From Camelus ferus (Eukaryota): a DNA stretch of 64,000 bases. The notes beneath the pieces were generated by a model. That model had not been told where the DNA came from. It saw only the letters and a program-made list of their open reading frames with translations, and ran no database searches. Shown here piece by piece: positions 26,286 to 38,367 of the stretch. The first letter of the stretch is position 1; each line of letters opens with the position of its first letter. The DNA is taken from the NCBI RefSeq assembly GCF_009834535.1, contig NC_045696.1, positions 94,986,001 to 95,050,000 of the forward strand. The letters are read 5' to 3'. A program made the translations under genes and the position numbers.

Positions 26286-27229
26286 CCAAACCAAAACAAA
26301 ACAAAAATGTTTGAGAAATATTTTTATAAATAATATAAAATACTGAGATTGGCTTATTCCCAGCAAATTTCCCTCTAATTTGCAGCTACTGATTGAACAG
26401 GGATAATATGCTCTTACTGGCAGGGAGTAATGTTGCAGTAAATTAAGGAAACAAGTTTAAACAAATACATGCTTACTCAAACTCTACCTCCCAGGACCTG
26501 CTGCTCTCAACCCACACAGTCTTCACATGAGCTTCAGGGAATCTCAATGCCCTTAAATGTCCTGGTCTCTGAGAGAACAGTAAATATAATGGTAACTGAT
26601 AATGTCCAGGGTTTTACAGTTCTTTCTCATTCTCAATGGGAAGGATCTCCTTTAACTGGAGGAGCTGGTGTGTCTTATTCCCTCTAAAGATGAAGAAGTG
26701 AGCTTCGTGACTTGCCCAGAGATGTTCGGCAGTGAGTGGTAAGGCATGGCCAGTATACACATGCAGTTCCCTCCCCACCTTGAATTCCATGCTTTTTTCC
26801 CCTGCACAGGACTTCTCTCCCAGCATTAAGTGATTTTTAAAATATATTTACCTAGGCTAGAAAAAGTTGTGAGAAGTGAAAAGTACCATCCCTTGGATCA
26901 TATGTGAAAAATAAAATTTGAACATAGATTAGTCTGTTATAAATTAAATATTATTGTCAAGATGTATGCTTGACTGGAAAAATAATCTGAATAGGCAAAA
27001 AAAAAAAAATGTGGAATCTCATTCTTTCTCATCCTAGAATCCAAGTGCTATGGAAGGTCCAAGTTTATGATTCTTTAGATTGTTCTTGGGACAAAAATGA
27101 GAAGGTCATTGGCATGTCAGTAAGTGCTCACCTGGGAGGGTACAGGAGCTAGAATATATTAAAAGCAGTGAGTCTGAGTCTATGATTATTAAATGTTTGC
27201 CTTATTCCAGATTAAGGGAAAAATCTATG

Positions 27230-27475
27230 AATTGTCACCCCTCCCAACACACACTCAGTTCTACTCTACCTCTTAATCCTGCCTTAGTTTTCTGTATAAC
27301 ACTTATCGTCTCTCACGTATGATGCATTTATTTGATTACTTGTTTATCATCTATATCTACACACTAGAATATAAATTCCACAAGAGTTGGGACTTTGTTG
27401 AATCATTACATTATAATCAGCCCCTGAAGTAGTGCATATAGCACAAAGGGCACTAAATAAATATTTGTGATAAAT
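27230..27475 (+). mobile_element. L2 3' end
   Basis: cactagaatataaattccacaagagttgggactttg...gcactaaataaatatttgtga. Confidence 0.8.
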
Positions 27476-27929
27476 AAGTTAGGGCTGAGCAATGCAAGAT
27501 TCTCAGGTAGACCTATCCCCTCCCATAAAGTCTAGGCAGGGGTTTCTGGATTGCAGCTTCTCTTCATCCCTGGTCAGCCTCAGGGTACACCAATATTTTC
27601 CCCAACCTGGAAATTTTCTTGAAAATTAATATTTAAATGATAAAACACTAATGTGACTATAAAGCATAACTAAGTTTGTTAAGTTACAAGATATATTTGT
27701 TTTTACTGTTATATTGACTCTAGAAAATAATGATACTTTGAACAAACACACTAGAACTTATTCACATATATCACACGGGATGAAGTGCCTTTTGAGTAAC
27801 TGAGACACCAAATGACAATGACTTACAGAAGGGATGTTCTTATCTCTCTTGCATGAAAACCTGGAAGAAAGTAGTCTAACTTAAGACTCAATTCTGTAAT
27901 TTTTTTAAGTACATGGATTCTATATTGTT

Positions 27930-28280
27930 TTCCTACTGCTTATGTGGCCCCCAATCCCAAGGCCACCTCATTGACCAAAATAGCTGCTTCAGCTCCAGCA
28001 ATTTTATAGCACTCCAGCCTGTAGAAATGATAAAGGAACAAGAAGAAAGGTCAAAGGAAGCATGATGGGCAAAGGATCTATGAAAATGAAGATTCAAGGC
28101 AGCCACGTGATACTTCTGCTTATATCCCATTGGTCAAAACTGAATGACATGGTCTCATCTTGCTTGAAAGAGGCAGGAAAATGTAGTCTTTATTTCATGT
28201 GATCATAGATCCAGTTAAGTACTGGGGACTCTACTACTGCATAAGAAGGAAGAATGGATATAAAGGATAACTGGAAGTTT
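27930..28280 (-). mobile_element. MaLR LTR fragment (MLT1J/K-like)
   Basis: acttctgcttatatcccattggtcaaaactgaatgacatggtc...gaggcaggaaaatgtagtcttt. Confidence 0.75.
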
Positions 28281-28284
28281 TTAT

Positions 28285-28745
28285 CAAGGCATCCAACTGA
28301 GTGTTTTTCTATTCAGTATAATCATCACATGAAGCTAAGTACTGATTCCAGTGATGCTGTCATTGGCACTATTTTTGAACTGCCTTCAAAGCCATTCTTT
28401 TGTATGTATCCTCGGAGATGTCAAATATTCAGTCTTAAAGAGTAAATTTGATTTTTTAAATCATCAAAAAGTCATCTCAGATGAAGTTTCATGTGTAAGT
28501 TTTATGTGACAAAATTAGTTATGTCATTTGAGGGCAAGAAGTTAGATATGACTTCAAACTTGTAAGTCCAGTGTATTTCTGGAGACAATGACAAATTCCT
28601 CACTGCTGGCACCATCCGCTCCACTCCCCTCCTCCACCGCCATCACAATCATCATTAGTACTACCACTTAGTGAAGACTGAAAATTTATGAGGATTGTCA
28701 TTTTCACATATGACACTTTCTACTTTAAACATAACGCTCAAGTAA
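28285..28745. mobile_element. MARNA-like (mariner-derived) non-autonomous DNA transposon remnant
   Basis: ttccagtgatgctgtcattgg, tgccttcaaagcc and aatttgattttttaaatcatcaaaaagtcat resemble the recalled MARNA consensus. Confidence 0.5.
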
Positions 28746-29663
28746 ATCTATTTAATGCTCCTTAACTTGTAACTTCAGACCTGTAACCATCTGTCTGAAT
28801 AATATGCTCTACCAGCCAATGGTATGTCATTAAAAATCTTACACTTATATTCTTCTTTCCTAAGATAAAAAGAAACCTATCTACAAAATTTACGTAGAGA
28901 TGCTCTAAAATTAAGATCTTATAGTAGAAAAGCTATGTGGGGCTTATTTTAAAATATCACATGATATGGTGCTTCCACTAGTTAACTGAAGGATATCACC
29001 CTCTGGAGGTGACTTGTTAATTATTTGTGCACTTCATTATATGTTAGCTCAAAATATTAAATTTCATTCTTACAGAAATTTGAAATTAGGAAAAAATTAC
29101 AAGTATTGGCTATATTTTAAGTTACTTTCTAGAATTTGATGTCTAATTCCTTCTGCTTTGGAATCTTTATCAATTGTTCCAAACCAGAAAAGTAGTTCTT
29201 TGTTAGTTTTCAGACCTCAGCTAGACATTGTGCACGCGGGGCCTTTCCCAGACAGTGGTGCCCCTCCTGCATGCCTAGTAACACTGCAGTGCAGTGCGTC
29301 GTGCTTGCCTGTTGGTCTTTCACCAGATTTAAGGTTCCTTTAAGGTTGGAACTGTGACATAATCACAGTCAGCAGTGTGCTGGAACTTAGGCATTTAATA
29401 AATCTTAAATTGTTTTAGACTCTCCTATCTTAACTTCCAAAGCTGAATGTATATATGTATTTCCATGTGCTCTTTTAGCCAGATTTCACTGGAAGTTACT
29501 TGATAAGTACTCACCGTGAGTTGTTCCGAGATACAAATCTCCCATCAATATCATACGAGGGATAGTTATGGGAGAGGAAAAAGGGACAAGGGGAGAAGAA
29601 AAAATAGAGAAGGGAGAAATTGTAGGAGAGATACTCAGAAAGTTTATTAAGAATAGCAATTCA

Positions 29664-29781
29664 TGAGGTCCTGGATTCAATACCCAGTACCTCCTCCAAA
29701 AATAAATACACCTGTTACCTTCCCCTGCCAAAATAAAATAATTAAACAATATAGTTTAAAAAACAAAAAACAAACGAAAAA
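29664..29781 (+). mobile_element. 5'-truncated tRNA-derived SINE (camelid-type), 15-bp TSD
   Basis: B-box region gaggtcctggattcaatacccagtacctcc followed by an A-rich tail. TSD aagaatagcaattca at 29649-29663 and 29782-29796. Confidence 0.88.
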
Positions 29782-29801
29782 AAGAATAGCAATTCAATCT
29801 T

Positions 29802-29856
29802 TTTTTTAACATTTTTTATTGATTTATAATCATTTTACAATGTTGTGTCAAATTCC
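29802..29856 (-). mobile_element. L1 3' tip forming the 3' half of a U6/L1 chimera
   Basis: Minus strand ggaatttgacacaacattgtaaaatgattataaatcaataaaaaatgttaaaaaa is identical to the young L1 end at 19715-19768. Confidence 0.95.
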
Positions 29857-29962
29857 AAAAATATGGAATGCTTCACGAGTTTGTGTGTCATCCTTGCGCA
29901 GGGGCCGTGCTAATCTTCTCTGTATCGTTCCAGTTTTAGTGTATGTGCTGCCAAAACGAGCA
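29857..29962 (-). pseudogene. RNU6: Full-length U6 snRNA retropseudogene (5' half of U6/L1 chimera)
   Basis: Minus strand TGCTCGTTTTGGCAGCACATACACTAAAACTGGAACGATACAGAGAAGATTAGCACGGCCCCTGCGCAAGGATGACACACAAACTCGTGAAGCATTCCATATTTTT is U6 with 8 internal substitutions and an intact ACAGAGA box. It shares the TSD atagcaattcaatctt (29786-29801, 29962-29977) with the L1 tip. Confidence 0.97.
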
Positions 29963-30034
29963 TAGCAATTCAATCTTAAAAGTGATTTTTTGGGGACCAA
30001 AAATAAGTTTTCTTATCCTCTAAATTAGAAAATC

Positions 30035-30652
30035 ATGAAAAGGACAAGGTAAGATTAAGAAGAAGAATGGGATATGACTGAAATATCCAAAAATAATGGG
30101 ATGTAAATTACAAACTCTAGAATTCCTGTTAAACTACATCATGCTAATAGCTCAAAAGGGAAAATATATGATCCTTTCAAGTGATCTCAAACCTCACTCG
30201 ACAAAATTCAAAATCTATGTTTCATAAACATCTTTGGTAGAATAAAAATATTTTTGAAAAATAATAGTTTTTATTGCATAGTACCTCTCTGAAGCCAAAA
30301 GTCACCATCAGTAAGCTTAATGGTAAACCACTGGTAGAAACATTACTATTAAAAGCATAAACAAGACAAGAATGTCCACTAATACCTCCATTATGTACAT
30401 TGTTCTAAAAACATTAGCAAAACAAATATGCAAGAGAAAGAAATGAGGTAACACTGAAGAAAAGGAGAAAATTACTGATTGTTGCAGATGTAACAACTGC
30501 ATTTTTGGAATAACAGCTAGAACAAAAAAAACCTAGAGAAATCAGTAAGTTGGATGATCAAAAACTTCATATAAAAATTATTAGATTCCTTAGATCAAAC
30601 AGTAACCAAATGTGTAATACAATGAAAGGAAAAACACCATGTTTAGAATAGC
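30035..30652 (+). mobile_element. Very old L1 ORF2 (RT region) fragment
   Basis: gacaaaattcaaaatctat, cttaatggtaaaccactgg, acaagacaagaatgtccacta...attgttcta and ttgcagatg motifs appear in the expected order. Confidence 0.8.
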
Positions 30653-30899
30653 CTCCAGAGTCAGCTTTTGTTGTGTACAACGAAGAGCTTTGAGCAATCT
30701 AGAAATAGCTGTCAACAAATATGTGGGCAACACAGTTTGCAGAACTAGGGAGAACCTAGGATAGAATCAGATAGAGGCTGATGGCTCTGAAAAACTAGCA
30801 TTAGGGACAGGATTTTTGTAGGACATGGTGCACAAAAGGAAGAATAGATAAATCAGGTATTACATGGAATGACCTAGAATGAATTCACAGGCTCACTCG

Positions 30900-32335
30900 G
30901 TCTCCTACAGAAAATTAAGACATTGGAAAAACATGAGTGCCCAGTAATTGAAATGGCAGACTTCAGATGGCTCAGAGTCCCCAAATCCCACTAAGTATGC
31001 TTTGCTAACAGAAGCAATCCTTTCTCTCCAGTCTGTTGTCCAGTGTGTTCCTGTCTTGCTTGAAGACCAGGTAATGATGTTATTGGAAGCAGTTACCTTG
31101 TAATGGGAAGCTAATTCTTTTAAAGCCTTACTACCACCATCTTAAATTGTCCACAGACCTATATTGAGACCCTTCAAGGTCTCAATCACAATTTATACCT
31201 TGAAAGAGAAAGCTTACCAGCAGCGAAATTAGAAATCTTCAATAATTTTTCTTGGAAAAACACTGAGAATATATGAGAGAATGGAATCCCAAAGTGCTGG
31301 ACCAAGGAGGGCAATATATAATTTTGTAACAGGCCGATTCACCAATAAAAATGAATTCATTGGGGATTTGGGATTTATCATGGCAGCTTGAGCAACAGTA
31401 GTGTTCAATTGAAAACCATATTCAACAGTGATCCAACTAAAGGAAGCTGGATAAGAGAGTAATCATTGTATATGGTAAAGAAAGTAACTCAGCCTTTTTT
31501 TGTTTGTTTGTTTCTGTTTGGGGAGGAAGTAATTAGGTTTGTTTGTTTGTTTGTTTAAATGGAGGTAGTAACTCAAAGTCTTGCATGTGTCTCACTCACT
31601 CATTCCCTTATGTCCCTGCAGAGGGTTTGACAGACAGTTCTCTCTAGGGGGAGTAAACTGGAGTATAAAGCACCAAAATCCTTTGGAGCTGTGCGATTAC
31701 AGGTCCTTACAGGTTACAGGTTGGCAAAGTTGGTGAGGTGGATGAATCCCAGGATGGCAGATGGAGGTATAGCTAGCACAGCAGGCAGTCGAGTCAAGGT
31801 GATTCTCACACTGGTTTTATCTACAGAGGTCAGTGGTGGTGGCTAATTAATCACAGGGTTCCTTGGGTCACCAAGATCCTATCTGAACTGTGGAATGTAT
31901 CTGGTAATCAGACCACTGACTTGTGCCACAATAAGAAGTCTTCACAAACTCACAGCTTGTCAGTTCCTAGACCTGAGGGAATTCTCAGACTCAAAGCCCC
32001 ACAAGTGAAGGGGAAGTCCAGATACTCTGAAGAAAAACCATAAAGCAGCATCAAGAATATGCCCTCTAATGTTTCCTTTTGCCTTTCTCAAAAGGACAGG
32101 TGGCTATTTGCCAAGGAAGTGCACGTTTGGTTGAATTAAATGCCCCAGCTTTAGGGATCATTAGTTAACCCAGAATGTAACCAGTCAATCTAAGCCTTTG
32201 GAGATTGGATGAGAAACAGGAGTTAGGCTTGGGTACCTCCCATCGTGGGAATGGTACACCCATGTATCCATCTTATAGTTATTTTCTAAGTTTAGAGTGT
32301 GTTGTTGAAATAAACACACTCAGCAATGAGTAGAA
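30900..32335 (+). mobile_element. Decayed ERVL/MaLR internal sequence
   Basis: gagaatatatgagagaatggaatcccaaagtgctggaccaaggagggcaatatataattttgtaacaggccga resembles MLT/THE-int gag-like sequence. Also ggtggctaattaatcacagggttcct. Confidence 0.65.
31495..31566 (-). mobile_element. 3' fragment of camelid-type SINE inserted in the ERVL/MaLR internal sequence
   Basis: ggggaggaagtaattaggtttgtttg...aaatggaggta. Flanking direct repeat agtaactca at 31483-31491 and 31567-31575. Confidence 0.75.
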
Positions 32336-32374
32336 TCAACATCCATGTGTGCTTGTATGTGTATGTGTATATTC

Positions 32375-32560
32375 ACTTAATATTCACAGTAATCTGTGAG
32401 ATAAATCCTGTTAATTTCTCATTTTATAGATGAGGAAACTGAGACACACAGTGAGTAAATAACTCGTTCATGACCACAAGTCTGCCTTGTGGCAGAGGTG
32501 AAATTTGAATTCAGGCAGTAACGTTTCAGAATTTGTACTTCAATCACTGCACTATATTAC
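32375..32560 (-). mobile_element. MIR SINE
   Basis: cattttatagatgaggaaactgagacaca...gtggcagaggtgaaatttgaattcaggcagt. Confidence 0.9.
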
Positions 32561-32879
32561 AGAATATAAAGTAAACCCATTTCTTCCTCCTCCTTCCAAA
32601 AAAATGCACACAAATACTCACATACATATTTTAGGAAAACATACAAGAGGCACATTGGATACTTTTGATAAGAGCAACAGGATAGGACTGAGAGGAAAGA
32701 TTTCCATTTTTATTTTATAGATTTTTATACTGCTTGAGTTTTTTAACCATGTGGATATTTTATTTCTGCTTTAATATAAACAGAAACATGAAAAAAGCCC
32801 CTGAAATAGGAAAAAAAAGTATTTTTTTTTGAGAAACAAAAGGTTTTCATGATTGATATGTGGAAATAAATCTAGGAAA

Positions 32880-33680
32880 AGAGAGAGAATGATGAGCTTG
32901 AAGAGGAAGGCAAGCCTTTATAGGCAATTTGAAATATATTTTGGAACTTGTCCTAAAAGCAGTGGAAAGTCATTTAGAGTTTAAAGCATGGGAATGACAT
33001 GATCAAATCAATGAGTTTTAAAGGATCACTGGGTCAACAGTGTGAATAATAGATTGTATAGGAGCAAAAGTAGCTGCCAGGGACTACTTACAAGTGCATT
33101 AGAGTAATGCAGAAAAGAAGATGATGGTGACTTAGATGGTGACAGTGGCAGAGGAGAAAGCCGTAAGTGGATGGATTGCAGAGATACCAAGTAGGTGAGA
33201 TCAGTGTGATTTGGTGATTGACAGATGGTGAGAGACAGAGAAAAGAAGAGAATGACTCCCGGTACTATGGCTGGCATATTCCGTGAGCAATGGTGTCGTT
33301 CACTGACCGGGAGGGGGAAATTGAGGACAAAACAAGTTCAGTTTGGAATATGTTGTCAGAGGTAGCAGTTAGAAATTCAAGTAAAGATACTGAGCAAGCA
33401 AATGACTGTATGACTTTGAAGCTCAGAAGAGAGAGCTCTGTTGGGCAAAACAATGGTACCATGGAAGTAAACAAGGACACCCAGGGAGAAAGTGGCTCAT
33501 CAGCAGAGTCTCAGAAAGGACTCATTAAATGACTTTAAATGGATGACAAGAGCAGCCAAGGAGATGGAGAGAGGGCACCATGAAGAAAGAGAAGGGGAGT
33601 CAGAGAGACATCATAAAAGACAGGGGGAAAGAGTGGTCAATTCAGATGAGGTCAAATGAGGTTAAAGAATAAATTTCATT
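32880..33680 (-). mobile_element. L2 fragment
   Basis: tttaaagcatgggaatgacatgatcaaat, gatgatggtgacttaga, aagttcagtttggaatatgttg. Confidence 0.85.
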
Positions 33681-34134
33681 AATACAGGATGATAAAGGGA
33701 TTTATTTTAAAAGCGAATTCCAGGGTTTACCTAAGGGTTAGTAGAGATCTGATCTAATATCCAATACCTTTTTCAAGTACTGTATTATTATAAATGATAC
33801 TAGTTGTGATGTTGCTGGGACAAAGTGGCAGAATCAAAGAAAGATTCTGTTTTGGCCATTGTTCTCTGCTGGACAACATGGACTAACATATGATTCTGGC
33901 AATCTTTCATTTATTAAAAAATTAAAATAATTAGATTATCCAATTTTCAAAACAGATCATTTAACAAAATGGTTTTTGATTGAACTTCAAATATAACAGA
34001 TGCAATTAAGACACAGCAACTTGATTACAAGTAGGTTAAGTATGTGACTTAAAAGTGTGTTAAAGTAGAAGAACCCTGCTCAGTAGCTCAGAAGTGATGA
34101 CTCATATCCAGTTTGCGGTATTTTCATTCTTCAT

Positions 34135-35035
34135 TTCATTTTCCAAGTATTTCTAGAGTGTCAACCACTCGCCAGGAAATGCTTTAATGTAGGGAATACT
34201 AAAGTTATTTAACCCAAAGTCCCTACCCTCAGGAAGCCTGCATTCTTGTGGGGACGGGTGGTGATAAGAGCATAGTCACTTGCTTGCAGTGATACAAATA
34301 CGCACAAGTTACCGAGAAGGCTAACAACACCTGTTAGATCTAGAGAAGGGAACACTGGAACCGAGCTTTAAGGGCCAAGTAGCAGTCGGCCCAGAGGAAG
34401 TGTAGAAACAGGCATGGGAGGCAGAAGCTGATAATTAGATCTAAATAAATCTGGATAGACTTGCATCCAGTTCTGGAAATTTATAAGCTGGAGAATTATT
34501 ACATAAGGATGAGAGGTGAAAAGTTTAAAAATGATGGTATTAGACAGAGAGAACAAGCACAGTGAGAAAAACAGTGGGATGAGAATGAAGACCTGGAGAA
34601 TGTCAGCTGTGGACTGTCCGAATTGCACTGCTTAATAGCATTAAGCAGATAGAAAAATAAGTGCCATAAAAACACAAAACAAAACAAGGATGTTCAGAAC
34701 TAACACAACATTGTAAATCAACTGTACTTGAATTTAAAAAAGGATGTTCAGAGTTATAGACACTAAATGGTGGAGAATATCTAGGAAGAAGTTCCTAACT
34801 TTTAAAAAATCTACAAAAAGGTCCAATGTCTGAGACATCTCCTTGGCAATTAGAAGAGCTGTTGGTGATATTGTAAGAACTACGTTAACGGAACAGGGAG
34901 AAGAAAAACACATTTTCAGTGAGATGGGGTAAACATGTGAGGTGAGGAAGTTAGCTACAATGAATGTAGTTCTCAAATTCTCGTAAACAGAGGACAAAAG
35001 AGTTGGACCATAGTTAGATGGTAATGCAGGCAAAG
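34135..35035 (-). mobile_element. L2 fragments
   Basis: aaagtccctaccctcaggaagcctgcattcttgtgggg, ttggcaattagaagagctgttggtga, tgaggtgaggaagttag. Confidence 0.65.
34699..34739 (+). mobile_element. Ultra-short (41 bp) L1 3' tip, 13-bp TSD
   Basis: aaggatgttcaga at 34686-34698 and 34740-34752 flanks actaacacaacattgtaaatcaactgtacttgaatttaaaa. Confidence 0.85.
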
Positions 35036-35149
35036 TTTTGGTCGCTTGGGAAAAACAGCAATAGGGAAACTACACACACACACACACACACACACAAATG
35101 CAGTATGTGAATTATACCCACACACATACAACTACATATACATACATAT

Positions 35150-35360
35150 TCTGGGACCAGAACTCCTGGACTTAAATCTTAATTGTCTGAGGACAATTTT
35201 TATAACTTCTCTGTGCCTCCTTTATCATTTCTGTGATGAGAGGATAATGGGATAATAATGGAAATTGTTTATTGGAATTGTCATGAGGATTAAATAAGTT
35301 AATGCACAGAAAGGACGTCAAAGAGCTCCTGGGACACAGTGAGCACCCAATAACTGTCAC
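35150..35360 (+). mobile_element. MIR SINE
   Basis: acttctctgtgcctcc...tgtcatgaggattaaataagttaatgca...cctgggacacagtgagcacccaataa. Confidence 0.85.
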
Positions 35361-36669
35361 CTACCGTCACAGCAGAGATAGTCCATCTTAGAGAGCTGTT
35401 ACATTCACTTGGAAATCTCTTCCTTCCAGGCTGCTCGAGTGTGAAGGGAGGGAAGGATGCCAGCTCTCACACATAGATACATCGTTTCCTTGATTCCTTA
35501 ATAATGGACAGAACTCTCACTGCCAGGAGCACTTTGGAACGGCCAACAGGGCATTGAGCATTGATTTTCTGACTTTCCTTTTCAGTCTTCTTCCTCCTAA
35601 GGCCTTTCAACTCCAGGCCTTCAGGTATCCTTTGTATCTACTTAGTCTGATTCCCAGAAGTGCTACTTTTCAGTGCCACAGATAGCGTGACATCACTGTC
35701 GTGGGAGGGGGCGGGGCACAAGTACTTCATTCCTGATCCAAACATTATTGATGGCATCTGCACGGAATTCTTTACCTCTGCAACACATCTAGGCTCATCC
35801 CTCATAAATTTTGAATACGTGTTCCATAGAATATGCAGCAGTTTAAAAACATTAGGAAGGATGATTAGAATGAAATGCTTACAGTGTGGTGTAATAAAAA
35901 TTGGAATTTAAAAGTTCATCCATAATATAATTTCAGCTCTTGAAAATGTATGCAGATTTGTGAGTATTTACATGGTGCTTGAAAACACAGAAAAACTGAA
36001 AGGAAAACACATAAACATCTTAAAACAGTCTACCTGGATGGTGTGATTTTATTTTCTTTACACTTTTGCAATTACTTAAAGAGATTTTTTTTAATGATAA
36101 AAGATTTTATTTTGTGTGTGGGATGTACAGAGAAGTTTTGCTGACATTCAAAAATTTTCTTTCCTTATATTGTTCCCAAGCAACTTTGCAGACAATTGTA
36201 ACGTTCTCAGAGTAAAGCTTTTTGTAAAACTCATTTTGGAAAGTGCCAGTGGCGATCCAGATCCTAAGTCATTTAAAGAGAATGGTTTTACTTATTTCTT
36301 TTGGTCTTGCTTAAAGTGGCAACATATTTTGTTTAATATTCTTTCATGTAACAAAGATGTGTGTGCCTACTCTGTGTTGGGTTTTACACCCCAGCAATAG
36401 ACGAGGGAGTAAAACAGATATAAATTCCTGTCCCTGTAGAGAAGGACATCTGTACTGCTCTCTTGATTATCATCTCAGATGAGCGTATTTGTCATTTAAC
36501 TCATCATACCCCAGACTGTATGATGATTTTTTTTCTTGTCCGTTCGCATATTGCCCTAGAGTTGCCATGGTCCTCTCAGGAATCCTGCTGGCAAGCCTGG
36601 TTGGGCTAAGGTGGGAACTGTCTGAGCATCAGGAAACAGAAAGAAAAAAGAACTAACAAATTCCAAACC

Positions 36670-36860
36670 CCTTGTTATATCATGTAATCCTTATAATCCA
36701 GTGAGATAGGTAATATTAACTGCCCAGGATAGATGAGGATACAGGTTTAGTGAGATTTAGCAACATTTCAAACGTCATGTGGCTTGTAAGTGGCAGAGAT
36801 GGGATTCGAACCCATGTCTAATTGACTCTGAAGCCTGCGATCCTCACTGGGCAGTGATGC
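36670..36860 (-). mobile_element. MIR SINE
   Basis: tagatgaggatacagg...gtaagtggcagagatgggattcgaacccatgtct. Confidence 0.85.
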
Positions 36861-37362
36861 TGCATTCTGGTCATATGCAAGGTGAAGCTGGGCACAGAGT
36901 AGGGAGCTTGGGCAAACTCTCCCATCCAAAACTTTCAGTCACCTACTCAGTTACCAAATTTCAAGTAGCTAGTCAATCCATCAGTTTTCGTTTTTAAAGT
37001 TTCTTCTTATTGTCTAAAAGAGTAAACACCTTCCTTTAAGATAATTGTCCCTCTTGAAATTGATTTTAATGAAAAAAAAAAGAATAAAAAGGAAAGTAGG
37101 AAGGAAGGAGGGAGGGAGAGAGAGAAATGGGGAAATGGGGATAGAATTCTGTGACGAAAAAGAGGGCAAGTTGTAGACAAGAAGTTCTGCCAGAGAAGCC
37201 TGAGGGGCCCTCGGGGACCCCTGTATCTAGGCCAGGAGGAGGAGGAGGAACACGGGGCTCATACAGTTCAGAAAGGGGACAGCTCCAGGACACTCTCTGC
37301 CGCCCCGTTTTGCCTTAGGACCCTGCTTCCAAATCCATTCACTCTCCCAACCCTGATTTTCA

Positions 37363-37592
37363 TTTTTAAGCAATTTTATGAAGGTATAATCTGATTTAGC
37401 TACAATAAAATGCATCCATATTAACGGATAGCTGGATGAGTTTTGACAAGTCTATACACTGGTGTAACCAACTTCCTCAATTAAAGCATATGTTTCCATC
37501 AGCCCAGAAAGTTCACTTATGTCTTTGGCAGTCAGTTCCTAATCCCCCAGATACGCATTGATCTCATCTCTATCACTCCAGAATAGTTCTGT
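37363..37592 (-). mobile_element. Old L1M 3' end
   Basis: tacaataaaatgcatccatatt...gatgagttttgacaagtctatacac...tgtaacca...tttccatcagcccagaaagtt. Confidence 0.85.
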
Positions 37593-38251
37593 CAGGCCTG
37601 CTTTTAACCAGCCCCTGGGTGGATGCCTGTCCTCCGTGGTGACTGCAGCATCTCACGGCTGTCACTTTCGCCCAGCTTCTTGACTTCTCGCTCTGTTTCT
37701 CAGAAAAGGTTCAGTCGTCAAAATCAATAGTACCTTTTCTGGAATTGATGCCAGTCACTTTCCACAAGCAGCCACAGAACCTGTTATCCCACAGGTGAGG
37801 ATTTCTTGGAGACTGAACCTGGCTCTGAAGCCCAAGCTTCTGGGAATGTGGCTGAACTGGTTAAAGAGGTCTCCCCTTGGTTTCTAGGAATGATTGTCAC
37901 AGTTGCCCAGATTAAAAGTGCTTGAAATTCTGTTGGGTGCTGAGTCCTGGGGTTGTTTCTCTGTCTTGCAAGGACTCTAGTGAGGACATTCGCAGGTATT
38001 TGTCCTCGTGCTATTTTAGCCTTCAGAAAGCTCTTGGGCTCAGTGATTCACTGTCCTGGGGTAGCATTTACGATACCCGAGGCCTTACTATCTTTGCAGT
38101 TGGTATAGAAGAAACGTCTTCTATTAAAAATAAAGGCAATCTGTGCTTTTGTGAGATAACTAATAGGCAAATGTGTGTGTTTATCCACTGAGCCATATTA
38201 ATACAGATACCTGGTGTTCTTCCCATGAGGCCCTCTGTTTTAAAATACCTA

Positions 38252-38367
38252 CAATGAATATATATGTATGCTCATGTATAATTGAAAAATCGTGCTCTAC
38301 ACTGGAATTTGACACAACATTGTAAAATGACTGTAACTCAATAAAAAATGTTTAAAAAAATACACAT
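38252..38367 (+). mobile_element. Young L1 3' tip (116 bp), about 10-bp TSD
   Basis: aaaataccta at 38242-38251 and 38368-38377. The body matches 19666-19768. Target TTTT/AAAA. Confidence 0.9.

Noticed and set aside
29857..29962. Functional U6 gene
   Set aside because: It is flanked by TSDs, fused to L1, carries 8 substitutions, and has no convincing upstream PSE; the upstream flank runs into an old L1 fragment.
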